DNA of 46,503 bases from contig JBEROH010000030.1 of assembly GCA_041234785.1 (NCBI GenBank), positions 1 to 46,503 of the forward strand. The letters run 5' to 3'. A program made the position numbers and the translations under genes. Under the pieces are notes generated by a model. The model was not told the origin of the DNA. It did not search any database and was given only the letters and a program-made list of their open reading frames with translations. This DNA comes from Candidatus Actinomarina sp. Lineage in GTDB: Bacteria > Actinomycetota > Acidimicrobiia > Actinomarinales > Actinomarinaceae. Within the stretch, counting starts at the first letter, position 1; each line of letters starts with the position of its first letter. Below, piece by piece: positions 46,370-46,503 of the stretch.

Positions 46370-46503
46370 AAAAGTTCTAAAATTTTTTCAGTTCTATGGT
46401 CTAAGCTTAGCTTAGGAATTTGATTTAAAATTTTTACTTTTTTGTTTTTAACAATTTCTTTATTCAATAAACTTTTAAGAACATCATTGAAGTGGCCAAA
46501 ATC
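46360..46503 (-). CDS. 3' end of an upstream gene (possibly a glycosyltransferase), stop codon inside tRNA-Arg(ACG)
   Basis: Open frame from the window edge: DFGHFNDVLKSLLNKEIVKNKKVKILNQIPKLSLDHRTEKILELLRL*. The SLDxRxxKI ending resembles that of the GT at 2-307. Confidence 0.55.
   Translation of the reverse strand, partial: DFGHFNDVLKSLLNKEIVKNKKVKILNQIPKLSLDHRTEKILELLRL

Noticed and set aside
1-46503. CRISPR array, IS element, rRNA, tRNA-Sec, selD, riboswitches
   Set aside because: No repeat-spacer periodicity, transposase or matching RNA was seen; intergenic gaps are mostly too short.

Overview
AT-rich (roughly 30% GC by eye), very gene-dense chromosomal segment of a streamlined actinobacterium. 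The GlnR-like regulator, bS22, PAC2-family protein, DUF3159, ask-asd and the SRT motif in DnaX, combined with low GC, suggest marine Acidimicrobiia such as Ca. Actinomarina (inference). It is mostly core metabolism: argS, glnII with a divergent GlnR-like regulator, erpA, mrp-selA-selB, an Aap/Bzt amino-acid ABC transporter, purAB, mscS, lnt, an M3 peptidase, copZA, dcd, ask-asd, murJ, dnaX and dgt. Two near-identical tRNA-Arg genes (UCG and ACG) and glycosyltransferase-like gene ends bracket the window. The ORF track misses several features. The main one is a 78-aa Rdx/SelW-like selenoprotein (CxxU, in-frame UGA, SECIS-like hairpin 11 nt downstream) whose stop overlaps the SD-less TTG start of a TauE/SafE exporter, a possible selenium-gated translational switch. 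Also missed are the ribosomal protein bS22 and a partial CDS that ends inside a tRNA. Other points of note are a perfect Rex/CRP-type palindrome in front of a small Cys/His protein, widespread leaderless-gene architecture, and motif losses in Lnt (Cys to Ser), DnaX (Zn module) and Mrp (CxxC). No mobile element, prophage or CRISPR array was seen.
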